Notes: generated by a model not told the origin, from the letters alone. 52,581 nucleotides of DNA from Chiloscyllium plagiosum (GCF_004010195.1 NC_057719.1:32303153-32355733), one strand, 5' to 3'; positions 10,528-23,535 are shown, numbered from the stretch's first letter. A program made the numbers and translations.

Positions 10528-11057
10528 CCCTAGTGCATGGTCATACTTCTGTTATCAACATGGATTTATATTTCATTGACACTGTTTATGATTCTGTTAC
10601 AAACTTGGTATAACACTTGTCTTGCTAAATGTCAAAAGGTCATTGAAATACGTGCAGCACTAATGCTATGTCTGTGTGGTTTCTCAATGACCAATGTCCC
10701 TGTGATCTCCAGTCCTAGGCTTGCTGGCCTCTTCTTCCAATCAGCCATCTCTTCCAGTACCTGGGCTTCATGGAGAAGCATCACCAAAGCAGAGAACCAC
10801 ACCACTTCCAACGACAGTTCTTCCTTGAAAGTAACCCCTGAGGAGTCTTTGAACCAAGTTCGGCCATTATGGCACCTTCACTTCAGTTGCTGGAACTGCC
10901 TCCTGTTGGGCTCCAGGGATTAGCTAACACTCATGCTGTCATGAAAATGAAAACACAGCACCACTTTTAAATTAGTCTTCTTACACCTATTGTAACTAGG
11001 TTTACATTTTACAGTCCAGCTATAACAAGCAGGGATTCATACATTCCTAAAGCTTTG

Positions 11058-14000
11058 CATAGAACATAGGACATTACAGCACAGTACAGGCCCTTTGGTT
11101 CTCGATGTTGCACTGACTTGTGAAATTAATCTGATGTCCATCTAACCTACACCATTCCATTATTATCCATATGTATGTCCGATGCCCATTTAAATGCCCT
11201 TAACGTCAGCGAGTCTACTACTGTTGCAGGCAGGCTATTTCACACCCCTAATACCCTGAGTAAAAAAAGACTACCCAATCTGTCCTAAATCTATCACCCC
11301 TCAATTTAAAGCTGTCTCCTCCTGTTAGCCTTCACCATCTGATGAACAAGGCTGTGTCCACCCTATCTAACTCTTATTCGTTTTGAGTAAGTCACGTCTT
11401 AACCTTCTTCTCTCCAACGAAAACAGCTTCAGTTCCCTTCGCCTTTCCTTGAGCCCTTTCCTCCTCCATACCAGGCAACATCCTAGTAAATCCCTTTGAA
11501 CGCTTTCCAAAACTTCCACATCCTTCCTAGAAGGCAGTGACCAGAATTGCACGCAATGCTCCAGGAATGGCCTTACCAGAGTCTTGTACAGCTGAAGCAT
11601 GACCTTGTGGCTCCAAAACTCAATTCCCCTACCAATAAATGCCAACACACATGCCTTCTTAATAACCCTATCAACCTGGGTGGCAGCTTTCAGGGATTTA
11701 TGCACCTGGACAGAGATCTCTCTGTTCATCTACACTGCCAAGAATTTCACCATCAGCCAGTACTCCGCATTCCTGTCACTACTTCCGAAGTGAACTACCT
11801 CACACTTTTCCGCATTAAAGTCTATTTGACACTTCTCAGCCCAGCTCTGCATCTTCCCTATGTCCCTTTGTAACCCACAATATCCTTCAGCACGGTTCAC
11901 AAACCTTCCTACCTACATGTCATCTGCAAATTTACTAACCCATCCTTCTACACCTACAACGAGATAATTTATAAAAATGACAAACCGCAGTGGCCTCAAA
12001 ACCAGATCCTTGTGGCATTCCACTGGTAACTAAGCTCCAGGATGAACATTTCCCGTAAACCAACACCCTCTGACATCTTTAAGCTAGCCAATTTCTAATC
12101 CAAACTGCTAAATCACCTTCAATCCCAGTGACTAGAGTAAGATTAGGGCCATTCAAAGATGGTGGTGGAAAGTTGTGTGGAATCTGAGGATATAGGGGAA
12201 ATGCTTAATTTTCCAATGTGAATACTGATGAAAAGTAATGTGAGTGAGAATACAGATACAGGCTACAAGATTAGATGGGATTGAGGTTGACAAACAGGAG
12301 GTTTTAGCAATTTTGAAAAATCTGAAAATAGGTAAGACCCTGTGGCTGGATGGATTCATCCTCAGATTCTCTGGGAAGCCAGGGAGGAGATTGTGAGCCT
12401 TTGGCTTCAATCTTTGTCAGCATTAACTCCTTCAATAAACCATGGGTCCCTCTCTCGACAACTACCTCCATGCCTGATAGGCATATACTTATCAAGGTGA
12501 TAGCTGTTTCTTGAAATGTGGAGCTTATTCAAGGATGTCCATCCCCTGCAGTTTCCTTCCCCATTCTATACATCCTAAATCTTGCCTAATCACATCATAA
12601 TTGCCTTTTCCCCCCATTATACTTTGTCCCTGCAGTATATACCTATCCCTGCCCATTGCTATCGTAAACATAACTGAATTATGGTCACTAATGCCAAAGT
12701 ACTCATCAACCTCCAAATCTAACACCTGGCCAGGTTCATTCCCTAGTACCAAATCCAATATGGCATCGCCCCTTGTTGGCCTATCTACATAATGTGTCAG
12801 ATAACCCTCCTGTTATACTGAACAAAAACTGACCCTTCTAAATTACTTGAACTATAGTATTATGAGTCAATGTTGGGGAAGTTAAAGTCTCCCATAACCT
12901 ACACTGTTACTCTTGCTCCTATTGAGAATCATCTTTGCTATCCTTTCCTCTACATCCCTGGAATGATTCAGAGGCCCATAGAAAACTCCCAACAGGGTGA
13001 CCTCTCCTTTCCTGTTTCTAACCTCAGCCCAAACTACCTCAATGGATGAGTCCTCAAAGGTTATCTCGCTGCTGTAATGCTACCCTTGATTAACAATGCC
13101 ACACGCCCACCTCTTTTACCATCTTCTCTGCTCTTGCTGAAACATTTAAATTCCAGAATCTGCAACAACCATTCCCATCCCTCCTCCAGCCATGTCTCTG
13201 AAATTGCCACAACATTGAAATCCCAGGTACCAACCCATGCTGCAAGTTCACCCACCTTATTCTGGATGCTCCTGGCATTGAAGTACACACATTTCAAACC
13301 AACATCCTGATTGCTGGTGCCTGCTTGCGACCTTGTAATCCTATCCCTGACCTCACTACACTCAGCTTCCTGTGCACTGGAACTACAATTCAAGTTCCCA
13401 TCCCCTGCTGTATTAGTTTAAACCTCCCTGAAAAGCATTAGCAAATTCCTCCTCCCAGGATATTGGTACCACTCTGGTTCAGGTGAAGACCATCCTGTTT
13501 GTAGGGGTCCCACTTTCCCCAGAAAGAGCTTCAATTATCCAAGAATCCAAAACACTCCCTCTGCACCATCCCTGCAGCCACGTATTCAGCTCCACGCTCT
13601 CCCTTTTCCTCGCTTAACTAGCACATGGCACGGGCAACAAATCAGAGATAACAATCCTGTTGGTTCTAGCTCTAACTTTCCCCTCTAGCTCCCTGAATTT
13701 CTGCCTTAGATCCCCACCTGTCTTCCTACCTGTGTCATTGGTGCCTATGTGGACCATGACTTGGAGCTGCTCCCCTCCCCCTCAAGGATCTGGAAAACAT
13801 GATCAGACATCACGAATCCTGGCACCGGGGAGGCAACTACCAACCATAAGTCTCTCTCATTCCCACAAAAACTTCTATCTGTCCCCCTAACTCTGGAGTC
13901 CCCAGTGACTAAAGATCTGCTCCTTTTCCCCCTTCCCCTCTGAGAACCAGGGACAGACTCTGCGCCAGAGACCTGTTCCCCATTGCATACCCTGGTAAGT

Positions 14001-14660
14001 CCCTCCCCACCCCAACAGTATCCAAATCGATCTACTTATTGTTGAGGGGAACTACCACCGGAGATCTCTGCACTGCCTGCCGGTTCCCTTTCCTAACCCT
14101 GACAGTAACCCATCTACCTTATTCATGTGGCTGTGGAGTAACTACCTCTCTGTAACTTTCTCAATAACCCCCTCTGCCTCCTGAATGATCTGAAGTTCAT
14201 CCAGCTCCAGTTCCCTATCACACTTTTTGAGGAGCTGGAGTTGGGTGCATTTCTCACAAATGGAGTCAGCAGGGACACTAAAAGTGATCCTTTCCTCCCA
14301 CGTCCTGCAGGAGGAACATTCATTAAGCTCCATTCTTGCTATTCTAAATTCCCAAATAGACTGATGGAAAAAAACAAATGAAACACGAAAAAAAACTTGT
14401 CACTTTACCAACAAGCGCACAATTTTGGGTTGGAGGAGAAGGAAGGGTGGGGGCCACTTACCCGAGTAGTGTTTCAGGTAAAGCAACCACCGAAATATGT
14501 GATCTTGTGACCCCTCCGATTGCGTCCAGGAACTGAAGGAAAACCAGAACGAAAGAAATTTAAACCATCAACTCACGTATCTGGAGATGCTCCGCTGCTC
14601 CCTGGAGACCTCGTAACCTCTCTAACTGGATCCAGGAACTGAAGAAAAACCAGACTAAAA
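11058..14660 (-). mobile_element. Near full-length but rearranged CR1 LINE (5'UTR, ORF1 zinc finger, EN, RT 3' part, 3' tail)
   Basis: CSSCRTW..CEKC (14142-14333), CVYFNARSIQNK..VAISETWL (13061-13393), DLVLGNEP..SDHN (12525-12758), LYKTLVRPFLEHCVQFWS (11367-11729), and a catagaacatag tail at 11058. Segment 12128-12420 is inverted. Confidence 0.93.
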
Positions 14661-15917
14661 GAAATTTAGTTAAAAATCACACAACACCAGGTTATAGTCC
14701 AACAGGTTTAATTGGAAGCACACTAGCTTTTGGAGCGACGCTCCTTCATCAGGTGATAGTGGAGGGCTCGATCGTAACAGAATTTATAGCAAACATTTAC
14801 AGTGTGATGTAACTGAAGTTATACATTGAAAAATTGATTGTCTGTTAAGCCTTTCACCTGTTAGATTACAGTGATAGTTTCACTTCTTTCATGTGTAAAT
14901 CATGCAACCTTTTTTAAAAGTTGCATTCTCGGGTTAGCTGTTAACAATGGTAATAGCGAGACAATATGTTGAAGGTGTTGGCCCCCTGTGTTCTCTGTCT
15001 ATGCCATGATGTTTAGATTGATTCTAAAGGTACACAAAGCCGACACACTGGGACGTCCCATCGTGTCGGGCAATGGGACCCTATGTGAGAATCTCTGCGG
15101 CTATGTGGAAGGCATCTTGAAACCTAGTGTACAGGGGATCTCCAGCTTCTATCTCGACACTATTGATTTCTTACAAAAACTCAGCACCCACGGATCAGTC
15201 AAACCGGAACATTCCTCGTCACAATGGACATTTCCGCACTCTACACCATCATCTGTACTTCAGTACTCAACACCAACAACTGCCAATCTCCAAACACCAT
15301 CCTACAACTCATCCGCTTTATCCTCGATCACAACGTCTTCACCTTTGACAACCAGTTCTTCATCCAGAAACATGGAACAGCCATGTTTGCACCCCAATAT
15401 GCCAATATTTTTATGCACAGGTTCGAACAAGACTCCTTCTCTATGCAGGATCTCCATCCAACATTATACACCAGGTACATTGACAACATTTTCTTCCTCT
15501 GGACTCATGGTGAGGATAAAACTACACAGTGACATCAAGTTTCATTCCACCATCAAATTCACCATGGACTACTCAACGGTCTGTCTCATTCTTGGCCACA
15601 TGCATATCCAGCAAGGATGGACACCTCAGCACCACAGTCTACCGCAAACCCACAGACAACCTAACAATACTACACTTCTCCAGCTTCCACCCAAAACATA
15701 TTAAAACAGCCATTCCCTATGGACAAGCCCTACGCATACAGAAGCTGTTCAGATGAGGAGGAACGTGATGGACACCTGGAAGTACTCAAGGATGCCCTCA
15801 TGAATGGGGTACGATGCTCAACTCATCAACCGCCAGTTCCGACATGCCACAGCAAGGCACCGTAATGACCTCCTCAGGAGACAGACACGTGCTGCAACTG
15901 ACAGGGTACCCTTCGTG

Positions 15918-16092
15918 GTAAAAATAATGACTGCAGATGCTGGAAACCAGATTTTGGATCAGTGGTGCTGGAAGAGCATAGCAATTCAGGCAGCATCCGA
16001 CGAGCAGCAAAATCGACGTTTCGGGCAAAAGCCCTTCATCAGGAATAAAGGCAGAGAGCCTGAAGCGTGGAGAGATAAGCTAGAGGAGTGTG
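15918..16092 (-). mobile_element. 3' end of a second PLE family nested in the PLE above, running into the gap
   Basis: Interrupts the host frame after RVPFV. Nearly identical to 52431-52581 and to the reverse complement of ~10395-10527. Confidence 0.88.
16011..16046 (-). ncRNA. Minimal hammerhead ribozyme motif
   Basis: Minus strand CUGAUGA-A-GGGC-UUUU-GCCC-GAAAC-GUC with an intact core. Confidence 0.8.
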
Positions 16093-16681
16093 NNNNNNNN
16101 NNNNNNNNNNNNNNNNNNNNNNNNNNNNNNNNNNNNNNNNNNNNNNNNNNNNNNNNNNNNNNNNNNNNNNNNNNNNNNNNNNNNNNNNNNNNNNNNNNNN
16201 NNNNNNNNNNNNNNNNNNNNNNNNNNNNNNNNNNNNNNNNNNNNNNNNNNNNNNNNNNNNNNNNNNNNNNNNNNNNNNNNNNNNNNNNNNNNNNNNNNNN
16301 NNNNNNNNNNNNNNNNNNNNNNNNNNNNNNNNNNNNNNNNNNNNNNNNNNNNNNNNNNNNNNNNNNNNNNNNNNNNNNNNNNNNNNNNNNNNNNNNNNNN
16401 NNNNNNNNNNNNNNNNNNNNNNNNNNNNNNNNNNNNNNNNNNNNNNNNNNNNNNNNNNNNNNNNNNNNNNNNNNNNNNNNNNNNNNNNNNNNNNNNNNNN
16501 NNNNNNNNNNNNNNNNNNNNNNNNNNNNNNNNNNNNNNNNNNNNNNNNNNNNNNNNNNNNNNNNNNNNNNNNNNNNNNNNNNNNNNNNNNNNNNNNNNNN
16601 NNNNNNNNNNNNNNNNNNNNNNNNNNNNNNNNNNNNNNNNNNNNNNNNNNNNNNNNNNNNNNNNNNNNNNNNNNNNNNNNN
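16093..16681. other. Assembly gap (N run)
   Basis: Run of N. Confidence 1.
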
Positions 16682-17244
16682 TGCAACACATTATCAATGA
16701 GGATGAGCACCTCACCAAGACCTTCCCCACACCTCCACTACTTGCCTTTAAACAACCGCCAAACCTCAAACAGATCATTGTTCATAGCAAACTGCCCGGC
16801 TCTCAGGACAACTCCATACAACCCTGTCATGATGGACACTGCAAGATGTGTCAGAGTGGACATAGATACCATTATTACGTGTGGGAACACCTCCCACCTT
16901 GTACATGGCAAGTACTCATGTGACTCAGCCAACGTTGTCTATCTTATACGTTGCAGGCAAGGATGCCTGGAGGCATGGTACATTGGGGAAAGGCTACGAC
17001 AACGGATGAACGGGCATCGCACAACAATCAACAGACAGGAGGGTTCCCTCCCAGTTGAGGAACACTTCAGTGGTCCAGGACATTCAGCCTCGGACCTTCG
17101 GGTGACCATCCCCTCAGGTGGACTTCGGGACAGGCAGCAGAGAAAAGTGGCCGAGCAGAGGCTAATAGCTAAGTTCGGTACCCATAGGGAGGGCCTCAAC
17201 CAGGACCTTGGGTTCATGTCACATTACAGGTGATCACCATTGCA

Positions 17245-17425
17245 CTACACACAGATATACACGGACACACGCACACACACACACTCCCACACGGGGACAC
17301 ACACACTCTCACACGGGGACACACACACTCTCACACGGGGACACACACACTCACACACGGGGACACACGGACGCGCGCACACACCCACACGGACGCGCGC
17401 ACACACCCACACGGACGCGCGCTCC
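17245..17425. repeat. CA-rich minisatellite in the PLE 3'UTR (~22 bp units)
   Basis: cacggggacacacacactctca repeated about 4 times, then cacggacgcgcgcacacaccca 2-3 times. Confidence 0.9.
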
Positions 17426-18594
17426 CCCTCACAGACTTAAGACACTCTGCACTCACTAAACACACACTTTCTCTCACACTCAACCCCCACCCCAGACACA
17501 CATACACTCTTTGTGGGGTGAATTTATACTTGCAGAGTTACATTGTACTTTGCTCAAAAACTGCATGCATTCATGTAGAACTCTGAGCTCAAAATTGCAT
17601 GAATTTATGTAAAACTGTTATCTCTCTTTTTAGATTAGAATCAATCTAAACATCATGGCATAGACAGAGAACACAGGGGGCTAACACCTTCAACATATTG
17701 TCTAGCTATCACCATTGTTAACAGCTAACCTGAGAATGCAACTCTTTAAAAAAAAAAAAAATAGGTTTTGTGATTTACACACGAAAGTAGTGAAACTCGC
17801 TGTATTCTAACAGATGAAAGGCTTAACAGACAATCAATTTTTCAATGTAAATTTTTGCTATAAATTCTGTTACGATCGAGCCCTCCACAATCACCTGATG
17901 GAGCGTTGCTTCGAAAGCTAGTGTGCTTCCAATTAAACCTGTTGGACTATAACCTGGTGTTGTATGATTTTTAACCGGCATCTCCAAATCATAAAAAATT
18001 TAGTGTGCTTCGTGCTTGTATAGTCTGATCATGACTTGTTAAGGTTTATGCTTGCATTAGAAAACAAAAAACTAAAAATAATTCATGAAAAATAATCATC
18101 CATTGGTATTTTAATGTTACATAGTTAATCAAAACATTATAGCATCACTTTCAACGCACAGAATTTAATCACTTGCAATTGTAGCCAATCTTGCATGTCA
18201 ACCAGTAAAATTTAATTTGCAATATTTCAAGTGAAACATGGCTAGTTAATGAAATATGTTAGTGGTGACTGTACTCTTCCAGCCAGTTTTAGCACTAATG
18301 ATGATTCTAATATCTGTCAAAAATCATCAACATTAGTTTTGGTCTTGTGGGCAATTTTTGCTTTTGCACATCTGTGTTCATTCTTTGTTTGTGTCTCTGT
18401 CTCTTAATTTCCTATGATTGGTTTAACAAAAGCAATGGTGAAAATTAAGATTATGAAAGCAACTGTGAATCATGTCAGTATATTAATTATACTTTAGTAG
18501 CTTAAACTGAATTGCTCACATGTACATTATAACTCCGAGCATCACAAGGAAAACATTGCAGAGAATCAGTCTGTATTTGTTCTAGATAGTTCTT

Positions 18595-18720
18595 AGGCGA
18601 AAGTGAGGACTGCAGATGCTGGGATCAGACTCGAGATTGTGGTGGTGGAAAAGCACAGCTGGTCAGGCAGCATCTGAGGAGTAGGAGAATCGACGTTTCG
18701 GACAAAAGCACTTCAACAGG
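18595..18720 (-). mobile_element. Short PLE 3'-terminal fragment with a decayed hammerhead
   Basis: gaggactgcagatgctgg...gaaaagcacagc..gtcaggcagcatc...aatcgacgtttcggacaaaagcacttcaacagg. Confidence 0.8.
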
Positions 18721-18865
18721 CGAACTTTTTTTATCCAATTCATGAAGAGTAAGTCCAGTTTTAAAATGAATGTGAACTTGAACTTTTAATCTTCCTTAAT
18801 TGTTTTAACTCAAGAACTAGCTGCAAAAGCAATATGTGAAAACATATGGAATAGCTGTAACTTTG

Positions 18866-19469
18866 TCTAAATTAGTGGTGCAGAAAAAGCACAGCAGGTC
18901 AGGAGACATCTGAGGAGCAGGAAAATCGATGTTTCGGGCAAAAGCTCTTCAGGAATAGAGGCAGGGTGCTTGCAGAGTGGAGAGATAATTGAGAGATCCT
19001 CTTGCAAGGATGCCTGCCTTGAAGACGTTCTCCCCCTGACAAGAATCTCAGTGAGTCTCTCTCTCACTGCAACCCCCAGGTCATCTTCTCTGCCCTGAAG
19101 CTCTTCAACCATATCCTGAAACAGACTCGCTCCTCATTTCCCCTCTCCCCACCTCACCCCAGTTCCAACCTTCCAGCTTAGCACCATCCCCATACCTGTC
19201 CTACCTGCCTATCTTTCTTTCCACCTATCCACTCCACCCTCCTCTCTGACCTATCACCTCCATCCCACCCCCATTCACCTATTGTACTCTATGCTACTTT
19301 CTCCTCAGCCTCTCCACCCTTCAGGCTCTCTGCCTCTATTCCTGATGAAGGGCTTTTGCCCGAAACATTGATTTTCCTGCTCTTTGGATCCTGCCTGACC
19401 TGCTCTGCTTTTCCAGCACCACTCTGATCTAGACTCTGGTTCCCAGCATCTGCAGTCCTTGTTTTTACT
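18866..19469 (+). mobile_element. Internally deleted PLE with an inverted terminal duplication
   Basis: 18866-18990 is largely the reverse complement of ~19320-19435. Hammerhead motif at 19341-19373. 14 bp TSD with 2 mismatches (TAGCTGTAACTTTG 18852-18865, TATCTGTACCTTTG 19470-19483). Confidence 0.85.
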
Positions 19470-20584
19470 TATCTGTACCTTTGGTCCAGTTTGAGTTAAA
19501 ATCGTATACCACTTGATGACAAAAAGAGTTGAACTTTAAAATGCTTTCAGTCCTTTTTTTTTACAACTAGTTTCTTGTTTCATAAATTGAAAATCAGATG
19601 GCTGGAAAGTATTTGCGAACTCAGATTGCTGTCAGAATAGATCCAGTGAGGATCAGACAATAGCTTCCAATTAAATTTTAGATTAGTCTAAGCTGTTAAA
19701 ATTACTAATTTATCTGTCAATTCAATAGCAAAGTAAAAGCTTGGTACCTTATTTTTAGAAAAGTGGACATTTATAAAATAAAATTCAGAATGTTCAAGGC
19801 TATGTTGAATTAACATTTTAGGAACAAGATTTGCTTGGTGTTGAAACAATATTATAATATATTAAGACAGGACTTATGGAGGTGTATCTAATTGATGATA
19901 ATGCAACATGAGATAAAATGATTATCTATTTTGATATTGGCGCCTGTTGCCTTAGTCAATTTTTGAAGGTTGATGAAACATAAGACCATAAGTCCTTCAA
20001 GGCTGTTCCAATATCAATTAGATCTAGATTGATCTATGCATTAATTCCATTTGCAGACCTTTGTCCTTTGACATCGAAACAAACAGTTTTTTTTTCTACA
20101 ATTATCTATGTGAAATATAACTGACCAAATTGACTTCAGAGACATCTTATGCCACTTAAAAGGTTTTATCTAACCAGTTTGAGTGGCTGAGAGCAAACCA
20201 TTCTTCCATTGGCAACATTGGGCTGGGAGGTTTTAGCATCTGGATACACCTGATTGTCTCTAATGAGTTTCCCACTTGAAACCTATGGAACATAGTGGAT
20301 GGAGTGTAATATTATCTGCATTACCTGGGCCACAGTGGAGTTGCTCTGTAGCATTCAACAGAACGGGCACAGAGAGCCATGTTCATTTACTGCACAACTT
20401 CACTATCAGGAAAGTACAAGCCTTGCCATCAGCCATACATTAAGATGCTGAGGGTCAGGAAAAAGAAAAAATGAGGAAAATCTGCAAGAACAAGTGAAGA
20501 GGCAAGCTCTAAAATCACTTTCTGACTGGGTTATTGAAAATGAATGATATTACTCTTTTCACAACCACTGTATATCCTAAATTG

Positions 20585-22724
20585 GCTCAAGTGAAGAGAA
20601 AAGAAAATCTGAGAGGGATTGAAAAAATATTAGCAAACGTGATAAAGGAGAACCCAAAGTTGTTTTTTGCCAGTATATAAAGACTAAAAAGAAATTTAAG
20701 GGAAAAATGGGACCCGTCAGAGATAAGGAAAGGAAATTGTATGAAGATGCAGAGGATATGGGAAGAATTTTAAGTAACTTTTGTTTTGATTAGATTCCCT
20801 ACAGTGTGGAAACAGGTCCTTTGGCTCAACAAGTCCACACTGACCCTCCAAAGAGCAACCCACCCAGACCCATTCCCCTCCATTTATCCCTGATTAATGC
20901 ACCTAACACTACAGGCAATTTAGCATGGCCAATTCACCTGACCAGCACATCTTTGGACTGTGGGAGGAAACCCATGCAGACACTGGGCTAATGTGCAAGC
21001 TCCATGCAGACAGTTGCCCAATTGAACTCAGGTCCCTGGCGCTGTGAGGCAGCAGTGCTAACCACTGAGCCACCGTGCCGCCCAATTGTTTCCACAATTC
21101 ACATAGAAAAGAGAAGATGTTGAGATAGTAATCCAAGAGGAGCAGTGTGAAATATTGGGCAAAATAACTATAACGAGAGAGGAAGTGTTAGAGGAGTTGG
21201 AATAATTGAAAGTGGATAAATCGCCGGGGCTAGATAAATTGTTCCCAAGGATGTCGAAGGAGAACAGGGAGGACGTAGCAGACACTCTCAGGATTATTTT
21301 CCAAAATTCGTTGCACACAGGTGAAGTACTAGAAGAATGGAAATGTGGTTCAGGATTGTTTTAAAAAGGGTGCAAAGGAAATGCAGAGCTATTATAAGCC
21401 AGTTAGTAATATTTTGGTGCTGGGCAAATTGTCAGCATCAATCCTGAGAGATTAGAAAACTGTCACTCAGAAAGACATGGACTTGTCAGGGCTAGTCTGC
21501 ATGGCTTTAAGGGAAAGTCATGCCTTACCAGTTTGATTTAATTCTTTTGAGGACGTGACATGGAGGATCAACAAGAGTAGTGTAGTGAATATTTTCTACA
21601 TGGATTTTCGTAGGGCATTTGGCAAGATCCCACATGGCAAACTAGTTTTGCAAAAAAGTAAAATGGATGCAGAGTAATGTGTCACATTGGATCCAAAGTT
21701 AGCTTTAGTAACAGAAAACAAAGGGTAATGGTCAATGGCTGCCCTTGCAAATAGAAAGCTGTTTCAAGTGATGTTCTATAGACTTTGGTGTTGGTATCCC
21801 TGCTTTTTGTTTTATACATTCACAATTTGGGCTTGTCTGTGGGTGGGGGACACAGTTGGAAAAATGCAGATGACACAAAAATTGGCCGTATAGTGGCTTG
21901 TGTAGAGAATAGCTGTAAGCTCCAAAATGATATAGATAGGTTGGTGGAATGGGCTGGAAACTGGCAGATGGAGTTCAGCTCACATTGGTCTGAGGTAATG
22001 CATTTAGGGAGGTCAAACAATAAAAGGGAATACACAATAAATGGGAATATTCTGAGGGGTAGTTGAAATGAGAGATCTTGGTGTGCAAGTACACAGGTCA
22101 CGAAAGGTAACAGTATGGTAGATAAGGTTGGAAAGAAGACATATGGAATGCTCTCCATTTGTGGTATGGAATACAAACTCAGTGATATGATGAAATTGTA
22201 TAAGACACTGGTGAGGCTACAATTGGAGTATTGTGTGCAGTTCTGGTCACACATTACAGGAAGGATGTAACTGCTCTGGAGAGAGTGCAGAGAAGATTTA
22301 TTAGAATGTTGACAGGGCTGGAGAATTGTCTGAGGAGAGATTGGAGATGATGGGGTTGTCTTCCTTGGAACAGAGAAGGGTGAGAGGTGACATGATTGAG
22401 GCATACAAAATTGAGGGATAGAGATAGAGTAGACTGAGCTCAAAAACCAGAGGTCACAGATTCTAGCTAGGTGGCAGAAGGATTAGAGGGGTCATGAGGG
22501 AAAGCATTTTTACACAGAGGGTGGTAGGTGTCTGGAATTTGCTGCCTGGGTTAGTGGTGGAGGCAGAGACTCCAAACTCTTTGAAAAGGTTTCTGGATCT
22601 GCACTTTAAGTACTGTAAGCTGCAGGGCTATGGGCCATGTTCAGGAAGATTGGAATAGAAATGGCATCTGGGTTTCTTTGGGGTGGGATGGACAAGATGA
22701 TGTGCTGTACCATTTCTATGGTTC
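20585..22724 (+). mobile_element. 5'-truncated degenerate CR1 LINE (RT and 3' tail)
   Basis: KSPGLD..PRM, ADDTKIG..LQNDIDRLVEWA..WQMEF, LYKTLVRLQLEYCVQFWS; ends in tttctatggttc. Confidence 0.9.
20787..21085 (-). mobile_element. HE1-like tRNA-derived SINE inserted into the CR1
   Basis: Minus strand GGGCGGCACGGTGGCTCAGTGGTTAGCACTGCTGCCTCACAGCGCCAGGGACCTGAGTTCAATT (A and B boxes), CR1-like tail, and TTGTTT duplicated at 20781-20786 and 21086-21091. Confidence 0.92.
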
Positions 22725-22754
22725 AAGGGCTCTTTGCAGTTAAATAAGTACACT

Positions 22755-23045
22755 ATGAACTGTAGTCCATTTATAATGTAGGAAGTATAGCAGGTAACTT
22801 ATGCCACAGTCCCACAGATGGCGATGTCTTAATGGCCAAAAGATCTGTTCTTATAATGTTGATTGAGAAATATTAGCTGGTGATCTAGGGATAATTCCTC
22901 TCCTCTTCTTTGGGACATCGCTACAGGATTTGTTTACAGCCAGTTGAGTTGGCAGTCAGGGATCTGAAATACAGTATCTGGGCTGAACACCATTGCCTTA
23001 ATATTTCATTGAAGTTTCAGCCTTGAGTCTTGTGTTCAAGACTTG
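22755..23045 (-). mobile_element. Old Deu-domain (SacSINE1-like) SINE
   Basis: tgtagtc..taatgtaggaa...tcccaca...atctgtt..atgttgattgag...ctcttctt resembles the shark DeuSINE consensus as recalled; highly diverged. Confidence 0.55.
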
Positions 23046-23269
23046 GTCAAATAAATGGACAACGACAAGATGAAATGACAAGTATGTGAAGGTATTGGTA
23101 AATGAAGGAATAGGGGGCTTCATTCTTGTGATTCTGATGCCATGCTATAAATTTGTTTGAGAAAAACTAGTCAAGTAAAAGGCATAGTCAAGCACTGTGT
23201 TCAGGCTCACAGTGCAAAGTAAGATGATTTAGTTATTTGATAGTACAGAACTTGAGGATTGCTGACACA

Positions 23270-23535
23270 TTTTATCAAAGTTTTTTGACTTGACTTGAAC
23301 TTACAAGGATTATTTGTAAGAATATCAATTCAAGGTGAAATCCAACATTTGTACTGCATGACAGGAAAGTGCTGACTGTTGGCAAGTGGACTGTCATTGG
23401 TAGACTGTCATTGCCATGGACAATGTATCCATCGATTGTGTATAACTGTTGGCTTTTCCTTTGAATTGTTATTCTTGAAAGTTGTCCTGATGAGTGTAAG
23501 CTAAAATGCTTTGACAAAATATATCTTTTTAGCAA
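23270..23535 (+). mobile_element. Probable PLE-derived terminal fragment with a decayed hammerhead
   Basis: ttgtcctgatgagtgtaagctaaaatgctttgacaa at ~23482-23517 (CUGAUGA core flanked by ttgtc/gacaa). Confidence 0.5.

Larger units (their letters stand above)
14669..17992 (+). mobile_element. 5'-truncated Penelope-like element (RT and GIY-YIG) with an inverted copy of its 3' end at the left
   Basis: KVHK..GRPIVSG, MDISALYT, GTAM..APQYANIFM, RYIDNIF, YRKPTD; GIY-YIG NVVYLIRCRQGC..WYIGE..LRQRMNGHR. 14669-15027 is the reverse complement of 17635-17975. AAATTTAGT flanks both ends (14662-14670, 17996-18004). Confidence 0.93.

Noticed and set aside
15804..17233. Long ORFs of 223-381 aa
   Set aside because: Gap artefacts; the real residues are PLE RT and GIY-YIG fragments.
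17208..17586. His/Thr-rich ORFs
   Set aside because: Translations of the CA-rich minisatellite.
21005..21085. tRNA-like sequence on the minus strand
   Set aside because: It is the SINE head, continuing into SINE body and tail with no complete cloverleaf.
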